Below are positions 35,476 through 45,454 of a stretch of DNA of 60,439 bases, one piece after another. Position 1 is the first letter of the stretch; every line of letters begins with the position of its first letter. Origin of the DNA: Euryarchaeota archaeon UBA121. Its GTDB lineage: Archaea; Thermoplasmatota; Poseidoniia; Poseidoniales; Thalassarchaeaceae. The DNA lies in contig DANL01000060.1 of assembly GCA_002499865.1 (NCBI GenBank), positions 1-60,439 of the forward strand. The letters run 5' to 3'. Position numbers and translations under genes: made by a program. The notes under the pieces were generated by a model. It saw only the letters and a list, made by a program, of their open reading frames with translations. It was not told where the DNA came from and made no database searches.

Positions 35476-37611
35476 CTATTCGCCGACAAAGGAAATGGCC
35501 TCTCTAGGAACGGCGGCTAATGGCTCACCGTCAATCAAACCTGAAACTTCCAACTCTATCAAAGACGGATTTCCACTAATTTCCAAACTTAGGAATCTCT
35601 TGGTCCCCGGATTCAATGTGTCCAGGAAAATCTCTCTATCTTCAAACATATGCTCCGGACTAACTTTCGCAATAGAGACAGTTGAACCCTCGGGAGAGCT
35701 GACGCTAAGAGCCGTTAACTCCCACTTATCTTGAAAGGTCCTGATGCCCAGAATCAGAAAGCTACTCTCTGGAATAATCCAGCTACAAATCTCTATTTGA
35801 TCAGTCATATGCCTCAGTGAAGGTTTTCCTAAGTCATACAGAGCCTCATCCCAAGAACTGTCTCCCAACATACTCAGTGCCTTCACAATCCCTTCAGTAT
35901 CGCCCTCTATATTTTCACCCTCAACGGACAGTCTCTCTCTAAGGAGCTCGAGCTTCTTAATTCCATGAATCTCAAAATCAGTCCTAGTATTTTTTTTATC
36001 TAAAAACATGGATCTATTCCACCAAAAGACAACTGCTAGGGGAAGTAACATTAGTCCGCCTATCAGTACATAGAAATTAGTGAAAAGATGAGAAAGGTCA
36101 CGATATTCTCCTTCATCTGGAATATCCTCGCCCAGGTAAACTATGTAGAATTCATATTCTACATCTCCAACTATGGGCGAGAGCCCCTCGATTCTAACGG
36201 CATGAATTCCCGGGGGGACACTGATTACCGTGCCATTAGTGTAATTCAGAATTTTCCAGCTATCCTGACTTAGGGTTTGAATCTGATATGTCACAGGAGA
36301 CTCGATATCGGACCTAATCATCACTCTAGAGCCATTTGAATCTGTTATCTCGAAAGGATAAATGTCTACCATATCTCCAATTCCTAAACTACCAGAGTAA
36401 GGAGTGTTGCTAGGCGAAAGCATCCCCCAGAACTCCGAAGGGCCCGCCTCAAGCCATAGCAAATCAGGAGCATCTCCAAGAAAAACTCCATCTCCCGAAA
36501 TAGTGGAAGTAACTTCAATCTCCCATTCTATTACTTGTTCAGATTTTATCCTGAATTCTATACCGGTGCTGGAAGGGCTAGTCTCGATATTCTGGGGACA
36601 TTGATTTGAATCCTCCAAAATAATCTCTTCCCCTCCGTCTAGCTTATGTAGCAGTATTTCCAAGGCTACTTCTCCAGTAAAGCGACAGATTATTGGAAGG
36701 TTAATTTTTGCTCCCGTTGAAATCAGGATTGAATCTCCAAGCGGATCATTAGATGATATATGCCCTCTGTAAATATCATAGCTGGTTGAATTGCTACTCA
36801 ATTGATATTCATACGTCCACGGATTTCCAAGCTCCTCTCCTGCAGGTCCTTCACTTTCATCATCGAACCTAACCAAGTCGAATCTGTAAGGGGAGAAGTC
36901 ACTCTCGTCTGAATGGACAATCCGGATCCATAGCTCTGCATCTTCCGGATAGTCTAGATACACCGGATTAGATTCGATCGATGAAATTGATCCTATCAGA
37001 ATTTTAGAATCCGATCTACTCCAATACTCAATACTGATGCTATCGGGACTTTCTATGTTAGATATCTTGACAACATCACCAGTATCTCCTTCAACCAATA
37101 TTGCATCATCATCGGCAGAAGTATCGAGAACCCCAACGAAAGAAGTACCTTCAGATAGAATCTCAGTTTGACTGCACCTGTTTAGTTGGCAATTAGATGA
37201 AGCGGATATGGATGCCCATTCGCCTTGCTGACCCGGAGACGGGACCAAGTCAGGGAGGTCCGAATTCTCAATAATATCAGATTGTTTGCCAATGATGGAA
37301 CTCATAGCAAAATTTTCAATGTTGAGAGAGGGGTTTGCAAGAAGCTCCCAAGATACTGAACCGTTGACTAAGCCACTCCATTCGACAAGATGGGTATCCA
37401 TGATTCGATATTGAGAGTCGTCGGTCCACACAACTAGCTCCATATCCTGACAGGCATCCAGCTCACACGAAAACTCTATCCAGAAAGGTCCATCAACATT
37501 AGAATTTCCTTGGAAGAATGCCTCTGACTCACCTTCGGAGTTAGCCCCCACCAGACCTGAAATTATCAGAATTAGTACGGCTACAATTGAACCCAGTCTC
37601 GCCGCACCCAT
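35476..37611 (-). CDS. bitopic surface protein: signal peptide, about 500-aa acidic ectodomain, one TM, about 170-aa cytoplasmic domain (unknown function)
   Basis: ATG at 37611 gives MGAARLGSIVAVLILIISGLVGANS (the track's TTG at 37647 is less likely). Internal TM FYVLIGGLMLLPLAVVFWW. Confidence 0.65.
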   Translation of the reverse strand: MGAARLGSIVAVLILIISGLVGANSEGESEAFFQGNSNVDGPFWIEFSCELDACQDMELVVWTDDSQYRIMDTHLVEWSGLVNGSVSWELLANPSLNIENFAMSSIIGKQSDIIENSDLPDLVPSPGQQGEWASISASSNCQLNRCSQTEILSEGTSFVGVLDTSADDDAILVEGDTGDVVKISNIESPDSISIEYWSRSDSKILIGSISSIESNPVYLDYPEDAELWIRIVHSDESDFSPYRFDLVRFDDESEGPAGEELGNPWTYEYQLSSNSTSYDIYRGHISSNDPLGDSILISTGAKINLPIICRFTGEVALEILLHKLDGGEEIILEDSNQCPQNIETSPSSTGIEFRIKSEQVIEWEIEVTSTISGDGVFLGDAPDLLWLEAGPSEFWGMLSPSNTPYSGSLGIGDMVDIYPFEITDSNGSRVMIRSDIESPVTYQIQTLSQDSWKILNYTNGTVISVPPGIHAVRIEGLSPIVGDVEYEFYIVYLGEDIPDEGEYRDLSHLFTNFYVLIGGLMLLPLAVVFWWNRSMFLDKKNTRTDFEIHGIKKLELLRERLSVEGENIEGDTEGIVKALSMLGDSSWDEALYDLGKPSLRHMTDQIEICSWIIPESSFLILGIRTFQDKWELTALSVSSPEGSTVSIAKVSPEHMFEDREIFLDTLNPGTKRFLSLEISGNPSLIELEVSGLIDGEPLAAVPREAISFVGE

Positions 37612-37671
37612 GATTGCCGGAAACAGTCCTGCCTTAGAATCCTTCAAGCGAAATGTTCCACTCGCGGGAGC

Positions 37672-39450
37672 ATGAGTGACAGGCCATTATCTAGAGAAGT
37701 CACCTCAAGGAACCGTTTCTCTAGACTTTTTTCACTAGGAGATAGGAGAAATCCTGTCTCTTGGGCGCCAGGTTTGGTTCTATCTGAATTGGACCCAGAG
37801 ATCAATCTGCATACAGCCCCATTCATTTTCCATAGGGAGTCAACCAAACTCCCTGCAAGACTGAAACTAAGCACTCGAGGAGACTTATGCTTCCCTTTCG
37901 ATGGAGAAGATAACTGGGAAGCATCAGAAGGCTTAGTTCTGCCTTCCAGTCTTTCGACATCCAATTCTGGAGAATTCGGTTCTGGAAATCAATTTCTACC
38001 ACTATCGTGGCAGTCTCTTCATCATGATATTTCTCTGCTAGAGACGGAACTCCAGCCTTCTGTTATAGCGATAACAGATGCTCCTCAATTATCTAACTCA
38101 AGTGGGAAATTAGTAGAGGCCTTGAATGTAGTCAGGAGGAGATTCCCCTCCTCTCTGATTTGGACCCCTGGAATCTCAGGGCCCGATAATTGTGCACTTT
38201 TATCTTGGTTAGGTGTAGATCTATTCGATCTCTCAAGATCAAGAATAGCTAACGCGAATGGTCTCCTTCTTACCTCTGATGGGCCACGATACGCAGAAAC
38301 CTCACTTGGAGAGAACGTGAATGTGGATACTCAAATAGGGCATTGGAAGTATTCAATTGCATCACTTAGATCGGCAATTAGATCAGGGACTGTCAGGGAG
38401 TTGGCCGAGAAGGCGAGCCTCTCAAGCCCGAGATCTGTTGAAAGACTAAGAAGACATGACTCACTAACTTCATCCGACAAAGGAAGATCTACACTGACTG
38501 CAGTGGACACCAGTGGAAGAAAGCTGAGGTACAACTCTCCAGTCAGTAGACAAGATCCCCTGGTTAATGATTGGAGAAAGAGAGTCTCAAGTTTACACAC
38601 CCCTCCTGGTCACCAAGAACAGTTACTAATTTTACTTCCATGTTCTGCAACTAAGCCATACAGGCTTTCCCAAAGCCATCATCGCTTCCTTAGAAATATT
38701 CCCAGCAATAGGGCGCATCAAATCATGGTTACTTCTCCCCTTGGCCTTGTTCCAAGAGAGCTAGAGGATTTGTGGCCCGCAGCACACTACGACATACCAG
38801 TTACTGGAGACTGGGATGCAGACGAAATACTGATGGTAGAATCAATGATTTCAGAGGTTTGCGAGAGGATAGGTTATAGTGAGATAATCAACCATTCTGG
38901 AATGGATATCTCCATCGAGGGAACTGTATGCCATAATACGAGAAGGGGAACTGCAGGATCTAAAGAGTCACTAAATGAGTTAAAGAAATCTGTTTTGAAA
39001 TCCGTTGATGGGATAAACCTGGTAGACAAATCAGAGAAGCAACATAGGATTGAGGTAATGAAATCTAGATCGAGATTTATACATGGTACAGACGCATGGT
39101 TAGAGGGAAGTACAGTTTCTGGTAGACTGCCAATACTGAGCATTTCTAGAGATGGCGAGCAACTAGCGAGATGGAACCCCCGCGACGGGAGATTCGCATT
39201 CTCAAAGAAGTCACTCCCACTTCTCCATGATAGTGGATGCTTCCCTTCAGTCAGTATCTTGGAAAACCATGATTGGAAGGGAGACATATTTCCAACAAAT
39301 CTAGAGTCAGTCTCCGGTGAAATTAGATTGGGGGAAGAAATTATGGTTACACAAGATGGGGTACTGATAGGAAGTGCTAGGGCAGTAGCACCCGGTTGGG
39401 AATGGCCATCTGGCCCTGGAAGACTTGCGAAGGCACGTCATAGATTGTGA
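37672..39450 (+). CDS. arcS: archaeosine synthase (TgtA2-type, TGT-like domain plus PUA)
   Basis: Exact match to the remembered ArcS motif PC-X3-KPY-X2-S-X2-H (LPCSATKPYRLSQSH, 38638-38679). C-terminal PUA-like segment (GEEIMVTQDGVLIGSARAV). 592 aa is typical. Confidence 0.8.
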   Translation: MSDRPLSREVTSRNRFSRLFSLGDRRNPVSWAPGLVLSELDPEINLHTAPFIFHRESTKLPARLKLSTRGDLCFPFDGEDNWEASEGLVLPSSLSTSNSGEFGSGNQFLPLSWQSLHHDISLLETELQPSVIAITDAPQLSNSSGKLVEALNVVRRRFPSSLIWTPGISGPDNCALLSWLGVDLFDLSRSRIANANGLLLTSDGPRYAETSLGENVNVDTQIGHWKYSIASLRSAIRSGTVRELAEKASLSSPRSVERLRRHDSLTSSDKGRSTLTAVDTSGRKLRYNSPVSRQDPLVNDWRKRVSSLHTPPGHQEQLLILLPCSATKPYRLSQSHHRFLRNIPSNRAHQIMVTSPLGLVPRELEDLWPAAHYDIPVTGDWDADEILMVESMISEVCERIGYSEIINHSGMDISIEGTVCHNTRRGTAGSKESLNELKKSVLKSVDGINLVDKSEKQHRIEVMKSRSRFIHGTDAWLEGSTVSGRLPILSISRDGEQLARWNPRDGRFAFSKKSLPLLHDSGCFPSVSILENHDWKGDIFPTNLESVSGEIRLGEEIMVTQDGVLIGSARAVAPGWEWPSGPGRLAKARHRL

Positions 39451-39519
39451 AATATTAGCTACCGTATTTACGTAGTGGTTAAAGAGGAAGAGCAGGTCGC
39501 CGCCTTCGGAGATTCTATT

Positions 39520-39975
39520 ATGTCACGCATGCACTCTGGTGGAAAAGGCTCCAGTGGGTCATCAAAGCCATTCGCTACAGAGGTCCCAAGTTGGTCGGAA
39601 TCGGATAAGAAAGTTATCGAGTCCCACATCTTGGATCTTAACAAGGAAGGCCACTCGAATGCTATGATAGGTACGATCTTGAGAGATAGATTTGCAGTAC
39701 CTGATGTTCGTCTGGCAACAGGTGAGAGAATTTCTCAAATTCTCTCAAGAAATGGTATTTCCCCTAATTATCCAGAGGACATGATGAATCTCATGAGAAG
39801 GGCTCAAGGACTAATTGACCATCTTGGCAACAATCCCAAGGATAAGCATAACCGCAGGCAACTGGAGCTATGCGAATCTAAGATCAGGCGTCTAGCCAGC
39901 TACTACAAGGGCGTAAACAAGGTAGATGTAGATTGGCAGTACAAGAGGGACCAGTTGAGACTGATTGTAGAATAA
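39520..39975 (+). CDS. rps15: 30S ribosomal protein S15 (uS15, archaeal S15P/S13e type)
   Basis: MSRMHSGGKGSSGSSKPF N-terminus and KDKHNRRQLELCESKIRRLASYYK C-terminus. GGAG lies 8 nt upstream of the ATG at 39520, so the track's GTG at 39475 is probably too long. Confidence 0.9.
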   Translation: MSRMHSGGKGSSGSSKPFATEVPSWSESDKKVIESHILDLNKEGHSNAMIGTILRDRFAVPDVRLATGERISQILSRNGISPNYPEDMMNLMRRAQGLIDHLGNNPKDKHNRRQLELCESKIRRLASYYKGVNKVDVDWQYKRDQLRLIVE

Positions 39976-40014
39976 TCCTCAAGGTACAAATTCCACAAAA
40001 TTGTCACGATAGTT

Positions 40015-40875
40015 ATGAGGGACCTCATTTCCACCGATTTATTCACCGGTGTTGAAGAGACTATCAGGACAGGCTTGTCGCATCTATTGCAACAAGGTCA
40101 AAGAATATCCCTAATTTCAGATGCCAATCTTCTCGGGGCATTATCAATAGCGCCTCTCGAGGCCTCATTAATTGACTCTAATTTGCCATACAGGAGAAGA
40201 ATCGGCAATATCGATAATACCGTCCCTAGAAACTCTATACTCATTCATAATGACGGGAATGTAAAAGGGGTTTCTTGGAATAATGAAAAAAAAGTACTAT
40301 CGATAAGTGAAACATTGTCGCCTGCATTATCGGGACACCTGGGGGATGACAAGATAGGGCCACTTACTACAGTGGCAATATGTCACTCAATAGCTCAATT
40401 GATATCTCCTTCGGGAGTATTAGTTAGGAAAATTAGGCCATGGGCAATATCTGGTAATTGGATTCATTCTTGCATGGATATGACATATGATCCAGTCTAT
40501 GTTTCTATGAAGGAATTACTGACTTTAGAAGGTACGATAAGAGTAATCCCAATACCGGAGGTCCCTAGTCCGAATGTGGATAGTTTGGATTTCATAGATG
40601 AAAACTCGCTGAGTGATATTTCAGATAGGTGGAGTTCCATGGGCGAGGAAGGAAGGGCAAGGTCGCTATCCCACCTCTGCAGAGGGGCTCTCGACTCCAG
40701 TTCTCCCTCTACATCGAGACTGGAGGAGATAGTATGGAACTGTATCCTAGCCTCTGGCTGGAAAGTTGATTTAGCTAGTCAAATTAGGGCTTCTTCTATT
40801 ATCTGGGAGGAAAAGAACCCCAAGATAGCTACATCCGAAGCCATAGATATGCTTCTCAGATCGGGAAGACTCTAG
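40015..40875 (+). CDS. hypothetical protein (possibly a degenerate DHH/RecJ-like domain)
   Basis: 286-aa ATG ORF. Segment ISLISDANLLGALSIAPLEASL loosely resembles DHH motif I but lacks the catalytic Asp/His. Sits directly downstream of rps15. Confidence 0.45.
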   Translation: MRDLISTDLFTGVEETIRTGLSHLLQQGQRISLISDANLLGALSIAPLEASLIDSNLPYRRRIGNIDNTVPRNSILIHNDGNVKGVSWNNEKKVLSISETLSPALSGHLGDDKIGPLTTVAICHSIAQLISPSGVLVRKIRPWAISGNWIHSCMDMTYDPVYVSMKELLTLEGTIRVIPIPEVPSPNVDSLDFIDENSLSDISDRWSSMGEEGRARSLSHLCRGALDSSSPSTSRLEEIVWNCILASGWKVDLASQIRASSIIWEEKNPKIATSEAIDMLLRSGRL

Positions 40876-42873
40876 TCACTCTTCGATTCTAATGACACTG
40901 TCACACCCGCTACAGGTAATTCTTAGTGGACGAACATCCGATTCCACGGCAACACTCATTCCACATGAGGGGCAACTAATTCGGGGATAATTGGAGCCCC
41001 TGCTCTCATTATTCCTCAGTTTGGGAGAGAGCAAAGAGATTGGAAGAACAAGTAGAAGGCTACATGCCACTACTCCGAGCACCATCTGCATTGGAAGACC
41101 AAGAAAATAAATTCCGAAAGAAAGTACTCCCAGAGCAGTAACCGTAATCATTGTAGGGAATCTCGATCTATTCCTGGTCATGGTCATTCCCAATCCTATG
41201 GACAAGCTCAGTACTAATACCATCATTCCCGACCCCAATAAAACACTGAATAGTCCATTTCCTGTTGGTACGAATTCCACTCTAAATGACTCCTCGGTAT
41301 CTAAATCTGTACTCTCCACAGATAGGGTTTCAGATACAATCCACCTCCTGTGAGAGTAGTCGATACCACTCGCCGAAACAATTCCTATATCGGTGAGCAT
41401 AGATCCCTGTAGGGTAGCATCAACAGAAATTTCTGTCCAGTATTCTTCAGCAGTAGACTTGGCGAAGGTTTCAATCAGTAGTTGCCTGTCTCCTTCCATA
41501 ACTGAGTAAGAAGTAGAGATTTTTATGGTTATAGTTTCGGAACTGAAACCACTAGTCCCTCCTAGATCGATTGATATCTCAGTGGGTCCCAATTCAATAG
41601 GGTCAACACCAATCACCGACTCAGATTCTATGAATAATCCATTTGAGAGAAACGATTTCAAATCAGCGTTAGATCCTCTCAGATATCCCGTCAGCGCCAT
41701 TAACTCGGAACTGTCTACCATTTTGTTGTTGAAATCTGAGTCAGGTACAGAATCAGAGTATGAGTTTAGATTTCTCCACCAACTGCTGGAGCCAAGACTG
41801 GAGTTGCCAATATTGTCCAGGCCCCACCTCATCCACTGTGACATAGAACCATCAAACTCCAATGAGACCTTCTTACTAACCTCGCTTCCATCCCAATCTG
41901 CGTCTACTGAAACCAATATCCCTGAGCCCCCCGTTCTAAGGGGCTCACTCGCAGGATACCAGGACCCTCCTCCTCCATCGTCATCTCCGGCTTCTATGAA
42001 ATGAGACATATTTGCCCTAATCTGTAATCCATTCTGGGGCTCCAAAGTGAATTCAGCCAAGAAAGATCCACTTTCTACTCCTTCTGGCAAACTCCATACG
42101 AATGTTACTTCTACGCCCCCTTCTACCAGTGTGGCCACTGGCTTATCCGTCACCACAACATTCTGGACCTCAAAAATACCCGAAGACGATGACCACATCC
42201 TGTCGTCAAATCCAGAAGATAGAAGAATGGGGAAATATACTAGATTTCCACTTACGCTAGCTTCCTTCATTTCAATTTCCACTAGTGGAAGCTTAACCGA
42301 TATACTGGATGCTTTATCATCGCTACCCCAATGAAAAATTACTCCTGAGTCATCCCCGGGTTGATTAAAGCCCAATAACTGAACGATAAGGCTCACTTCT
42401 ACTTCGTCATCTTCTCGAACATCCCCCGCTCCCACACTGATAATGGATTGAACGTCACCTTCGCCAGTAAGATAAGGCTCGATTCCAGAGGTACCTCCTT
42501 CATAGAAAGAACCACCAATCCTAACCTCAACTGTTATGTTGATATTAACCCCAACCGCACCTTGAACCTCATAATGGATATTGAATTCCCAGTCTCCAGC
42601 GGGATATTCCCCATCAATGCCCCAATCAACTCCCCAGGTTCCAACTTCAACAGGTTGCAGAACTTGATTCACTAGTTTAGAATCTCCTTCATCAGTTTCC
42701 GTCTCAAATGGAGTAAGTATGCCAGAATCCGGGTCTCCCTTCAGAAATAACTCAAAATTTTCACCTGAGCAACAGCTTCCCTGTTGTGCTGAGACGTTGA
42801 TAATCGGTCCCAAAACAGTCAACAAAAAAATCAATACAATAGAGGCGGGTACAACCCTATTGCGTACACCCAT
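40876..42873 (-). CDS. surface protein with signal peptide, about 530-aa ectodomain, three C-terminal TM helices and a terminal cytoplasmic zinc ribbon
   Basis: Signal/TM VVPASIVLIFLLTVLGPIINVSA. TMs LFSVLLGSGMMVLVLSLSIGLGM, MITVTALGVLSFGIYFLGL and VLGVVACSLLLVLPISLL. Terminal CPSCG-x17-CSGC. Confidence 0.7.
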   Translation of the reverse strand: MGVRNRVVPASIVLIFLLTVLGPIINVSAQQGSCCSGENFELFLKGDPDSGILTPFETETDEGDSKLVNQVLQPVEVGTWGVDWGIDGEYPAGDWEFNIHYEVQGAVGVNINITVEVRIGGSFYEGGTSGIEPYLTGEGDVQSIISVGAGDVREDDEVEVSLIVQLLGFNQPGDDSGVIFHWGSDDKASSISVKLPLVEIEMKEASVSGNLVYFPILLSSGFDDRMWSSSSGIFEVQNVVVTDKPVATLVEGGVEVTFVWSLPEGVESGSFLAEFTLEPQNGLQIRANMSHFIEAGDDDGGGGSWYPASEPLRTGGSGILVSVDADWDGSEVSKKVSLEFDGSMSQWMRWGLDNIGNSSLGSSSWWRNLNSYSDSVPDSDFNNKMVDSSELMALTGYLRGSNADLKSFLSNGLFIESESVIGVDPIELGPTEISIDLGGTSGFSSETITIKISTSYSVMEGDRQLLIETFAKSTAEEYWTEISVDATLQGSMLTDIGIVSASGIDYSHRRWIVSETLSVESTDLDTEESFRVEFVPTGNGLFSVLLGSGMMVLVLSLSIGLGMTMTRNRSRFPTMITVTALGVLSFGIYFLGLPMQMVLGVVACSLLLVLPISLLSPKLRNNESRGSNYPRISCPSCGMSVAVESDVRPLRITCSGCDSVIRIEE

Positions 42874-42951
42874 GATGTTGACATCACGTTGAACATCTTG
42901 AACTCAACCCTTCTGAGGGCTAAACAAAGTCAATTTCGCCCAAACCTCGGG

Positions 42952-44679
42952 CTAACCATGTAGCCATATTAATGATACCCTATTATTTTCTGAAATATCT
43001 TCCACGGTAGCGAAACCCATTCTCTCAAGCTGAAGGCACTGGCCAGCAGAAATTTCAATATTTTCTATTATCCCTTCGGAATATTCAATTTCACTGTCTT
43101 GTGGAACTATCATTCTGGCTTCTGTAGAGTTCTTGGAAGAAACCCAATGGATAATTGGAAGATCGCCGGTTTTTTCCTTGGACACAATTAATGCATTATC
43201 TCCTTTGATATCAATATCTGCAAAGTCTTTCAGTCTAATCAGTCCCTCTGAATAGTCATTTTCAGATATAAATATCGATCCTGTGCCCAGATCCCACTCC
43301 CTAATGCCCATCTCGGGAATATCTGGATGCCTACTGATTGAAATTTTCCCCAAAGAATCTGTGCTTCCATCGCCTAACAGTTGCAACTCTCTTGGGTTCT
43401 CGATAAATGACCTCCTTTCTGAGGATCTGTCTATGATCTTCGAATTCTTGGACTCGATACTCTCCATTGGTATTGAAATGTCCTTCTGGGTCAAACCCAA
43501 CTCTATCCAGAACTCTCTCAGAGCCTCAGGAGAGAATCCTCTTCTCTTTAGCGCGGATACAGTAGGTAATCGAGGGTCATCCCATCCAGAGAAATCTCCG
43601 TCTTCTATGGATTTCCGGATTGATGACGTAGAGAACCCGCCAAAGCCTAGTAACTTCACCCTGCCCCAGTACAGTGTTTCAGGATAATCCCAGCCAAGAA
43701 GCTCATACAGCAGTGTCTGCTTTCTAGTACTGTCCATTAGGTCCTTCCCCCTCACAATGTGAGTGACTCCTTGAAGGTGATCTTCTACAGCACTCTGGAA
43801 ATCTAATAATGGCCAAACCTTGTATCTATTTCCTACTATTGGATGACTATTATGCTGAATTCGTAATGCCGGCCAGTCCCTGAGTGCAGGATTAGGGAGC
43901 TCAAGATCAGTCTTCACTCTAACTACGGCACCACCTTCATCAATATCTCCAGAAAGCATCATCTTCCATTCTTCAATGCTCTCTTCAGACTTCTTTCCTC
44001 TACATTTACAGGCTTCCTTTGAATCTCTAAGCTCTTTGAATTCTGAGGCTGAACACCTGCAGACATAACAAATACCCTGTGAAATCATCTCCTCCGCAGA
44101 CTCTAGATATATGTCCATTCTGGAACTAGCCCTGATGACTAAATCCGGTTTCATACCTGAAATCCATTCAAACTCTTCCTCGATCATTGGATAGGCTGAT
44201 TCTAGTGGCGGCTTGACCTTTGTATCTGTATCATCAAATCGAAGTATGACCTTGCCAGAATACTTTTTTGCAAACTCTGAGTTAATTACAACTCCTCTTG
44301 AATGGCCTATGGATAATGGCCCATTGGGGTTGGGGGCAAATCTCAAAATTACCTTTTTTCCATCCTTAACCTCTAAATCCGGTAGTCCTACCCTCTTCTT
44401 TTGCTTTTCACGATTTAGAGCTTCAGGATTAGTCTCCTCGAGAATCTCCCTAACATGGTCCAATCCATGATCATTGGCTAACATGTTGGCTTCATCGACC
44501 TGCTTAGAAATCATGGGAACAAGCTCTTTGGCATTGCCCCTCAACTCTGGAAATTCTGAAAGTAGCCTTCCGAGTACGCTACCAGATTTGCCAGATCCAT
44601 TGTATTCTACTGCGTTCTGTAAAGCATACTTGCGTATGGCAGTGACTATCTCCGGCACCCACTCATCTTCATCTGCCAC
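42952..44679 (-). CDS. gltX: glutamyl-tRNA synthetase (archaeal/eukaryotic-type)
   Basis: HIGH region RFAPNPNGPLSIGHSRG, class I core and an archaeal-length C-terminal domain. The start is GTG, as no in-frame ATG lies nearby. Confidence 0.95.
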   Translation of the reverse strand: MADEDEWVPEIVTAIRKYALQNAVEYNGSGKSGSVLGRLLSEFPELRGNAKELVPMISKQVDEANMLANDHGLDHVREILEETNPEALNREKQKKRVGLPDLEVKDGKKVILRFAPNPNGPLSIGHSRGVVINSEFAKKYSGKVILRFDDTDTKVKPPLESAYPMIEEEFEWISGMKPDLVIRASSRMDIYLESAEEMISQGICYVCRCSASEFKELRDSKEACKCRGKKSEESIEEWKMMLSGDIDEGGAVVRVKTDLELPNPALRDWPALRIQHNSHPIVGNRYKVWPLLDFQSAVEDHLQGVTHIVRGKDLMDSTRKQTLLYELLGWDYPETLYWGRVKLLGFGGFSTSSIRKSIEDGDFSGWDDPRLPTVSALKRRGFSPEALREFWIELGLTQKDISIPMESIESKNSKIIDRSSERRSFIENPRELQLLGDGSTDSLGKISISRHPDIPEMGIREWDLGTGSIFISENDYSEGLIRLKDFADIDIKGDNALIVSKEKTGDLPIIHWVSSKNSTEARMIVPQDSEIEYSEGIIENIEISAGQCLQLERMGFATVEDISENNRVSLIWLHG

Positions 44680-44701
44680 ATACTAACGCCGTTAGCCATC
44701 C

Positions 44702-45454
44702 CTATTTGTGATTGCCCTCAATCCAATGCTCAATATTAGTTTGAGAGTAGATATGCTTATTTTCATATCTAATAGGTACAGAAGTACCATGCATTTCTTC
44801 CCACGCTCTTCTCACAGTAGACCATGTCCACCTCAGACAGTCATGAGGATTTTCTCCTGAAATCAACTCATTTATTGAGGACCTAGTTTTTGGATCAGAA
44901 GGATATCCGGAACCCAGATCAATACCAATATCATTGGATAATTTTTGCATGGCATTATCCCTAGTTACCTTTGCCACTATGCTGGACGCGGCAACCAATG
45001 AATTAGACGAGTCCATTGAGTGCTCAGATATTATCCTCCAGTCACTCCATGAAGGTCCCAATTTTGATTTTACATTGTTTCCAAATCTCTCCTGATTTAC
45101 ATCACATGCATCTAAAAAAATACTTCCTGGGTCATTATTGTCATTGGAATTTTTAATTGCTTCAGAAAATAAAGTCACTTCGAGATCATTCAGATTAGAA
45201 ACAGAACTATTGTGATCTATCCTGAAAGGTTCACACTCAACAATCCCTATGTTCCAATTCCTCTCAATTGCCTCCTCACGAATAAATTTGTAGATTTTAT
45301 CTCTCTTACTCTTGGATAGGGTCTTGGAGTCCCTCGCTCCGATTTCTTCCAGAACGTGACAATCACTTGAAGGAATAGATATCGCACATACTATCAAAGG
45401 CCCAATTACTGGCCCCCTGCCAGCTTCATCAACACCTATGGAGTACTCGCTCAT
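44702..45454 (-). CDS. rnhB: ribonuclease HII
   Basis: IGVDEAGRGPVIGPLIV, DSK and ASIVAK motifs. The ATG overlaps the upstream gene's stop (ATGA). Confidence 0.95.
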   Translation of the reverse strand: MSEYSIGVDEAGRGPVIGPLIVCAISIPSSDCHVLEEIGARDSKTLSKSKRDKIYKFIREEAIERNWNIGIVECEPFRIDHNSSVSNLNDLEVTLFSEAIKNSNDNNDPGSIFLDACDVNQERFGNNVKSKLGPSWSDWRIISEHSMDSSNSLVAASSIVAKVTRDNAMQKLSNDIGIDLGSGYPSDPKTRSSINELISGENPHDCLRWTWSTVRRAWEEMHGTSVPIRYENKHIYSQTNIEHWIEGNHK

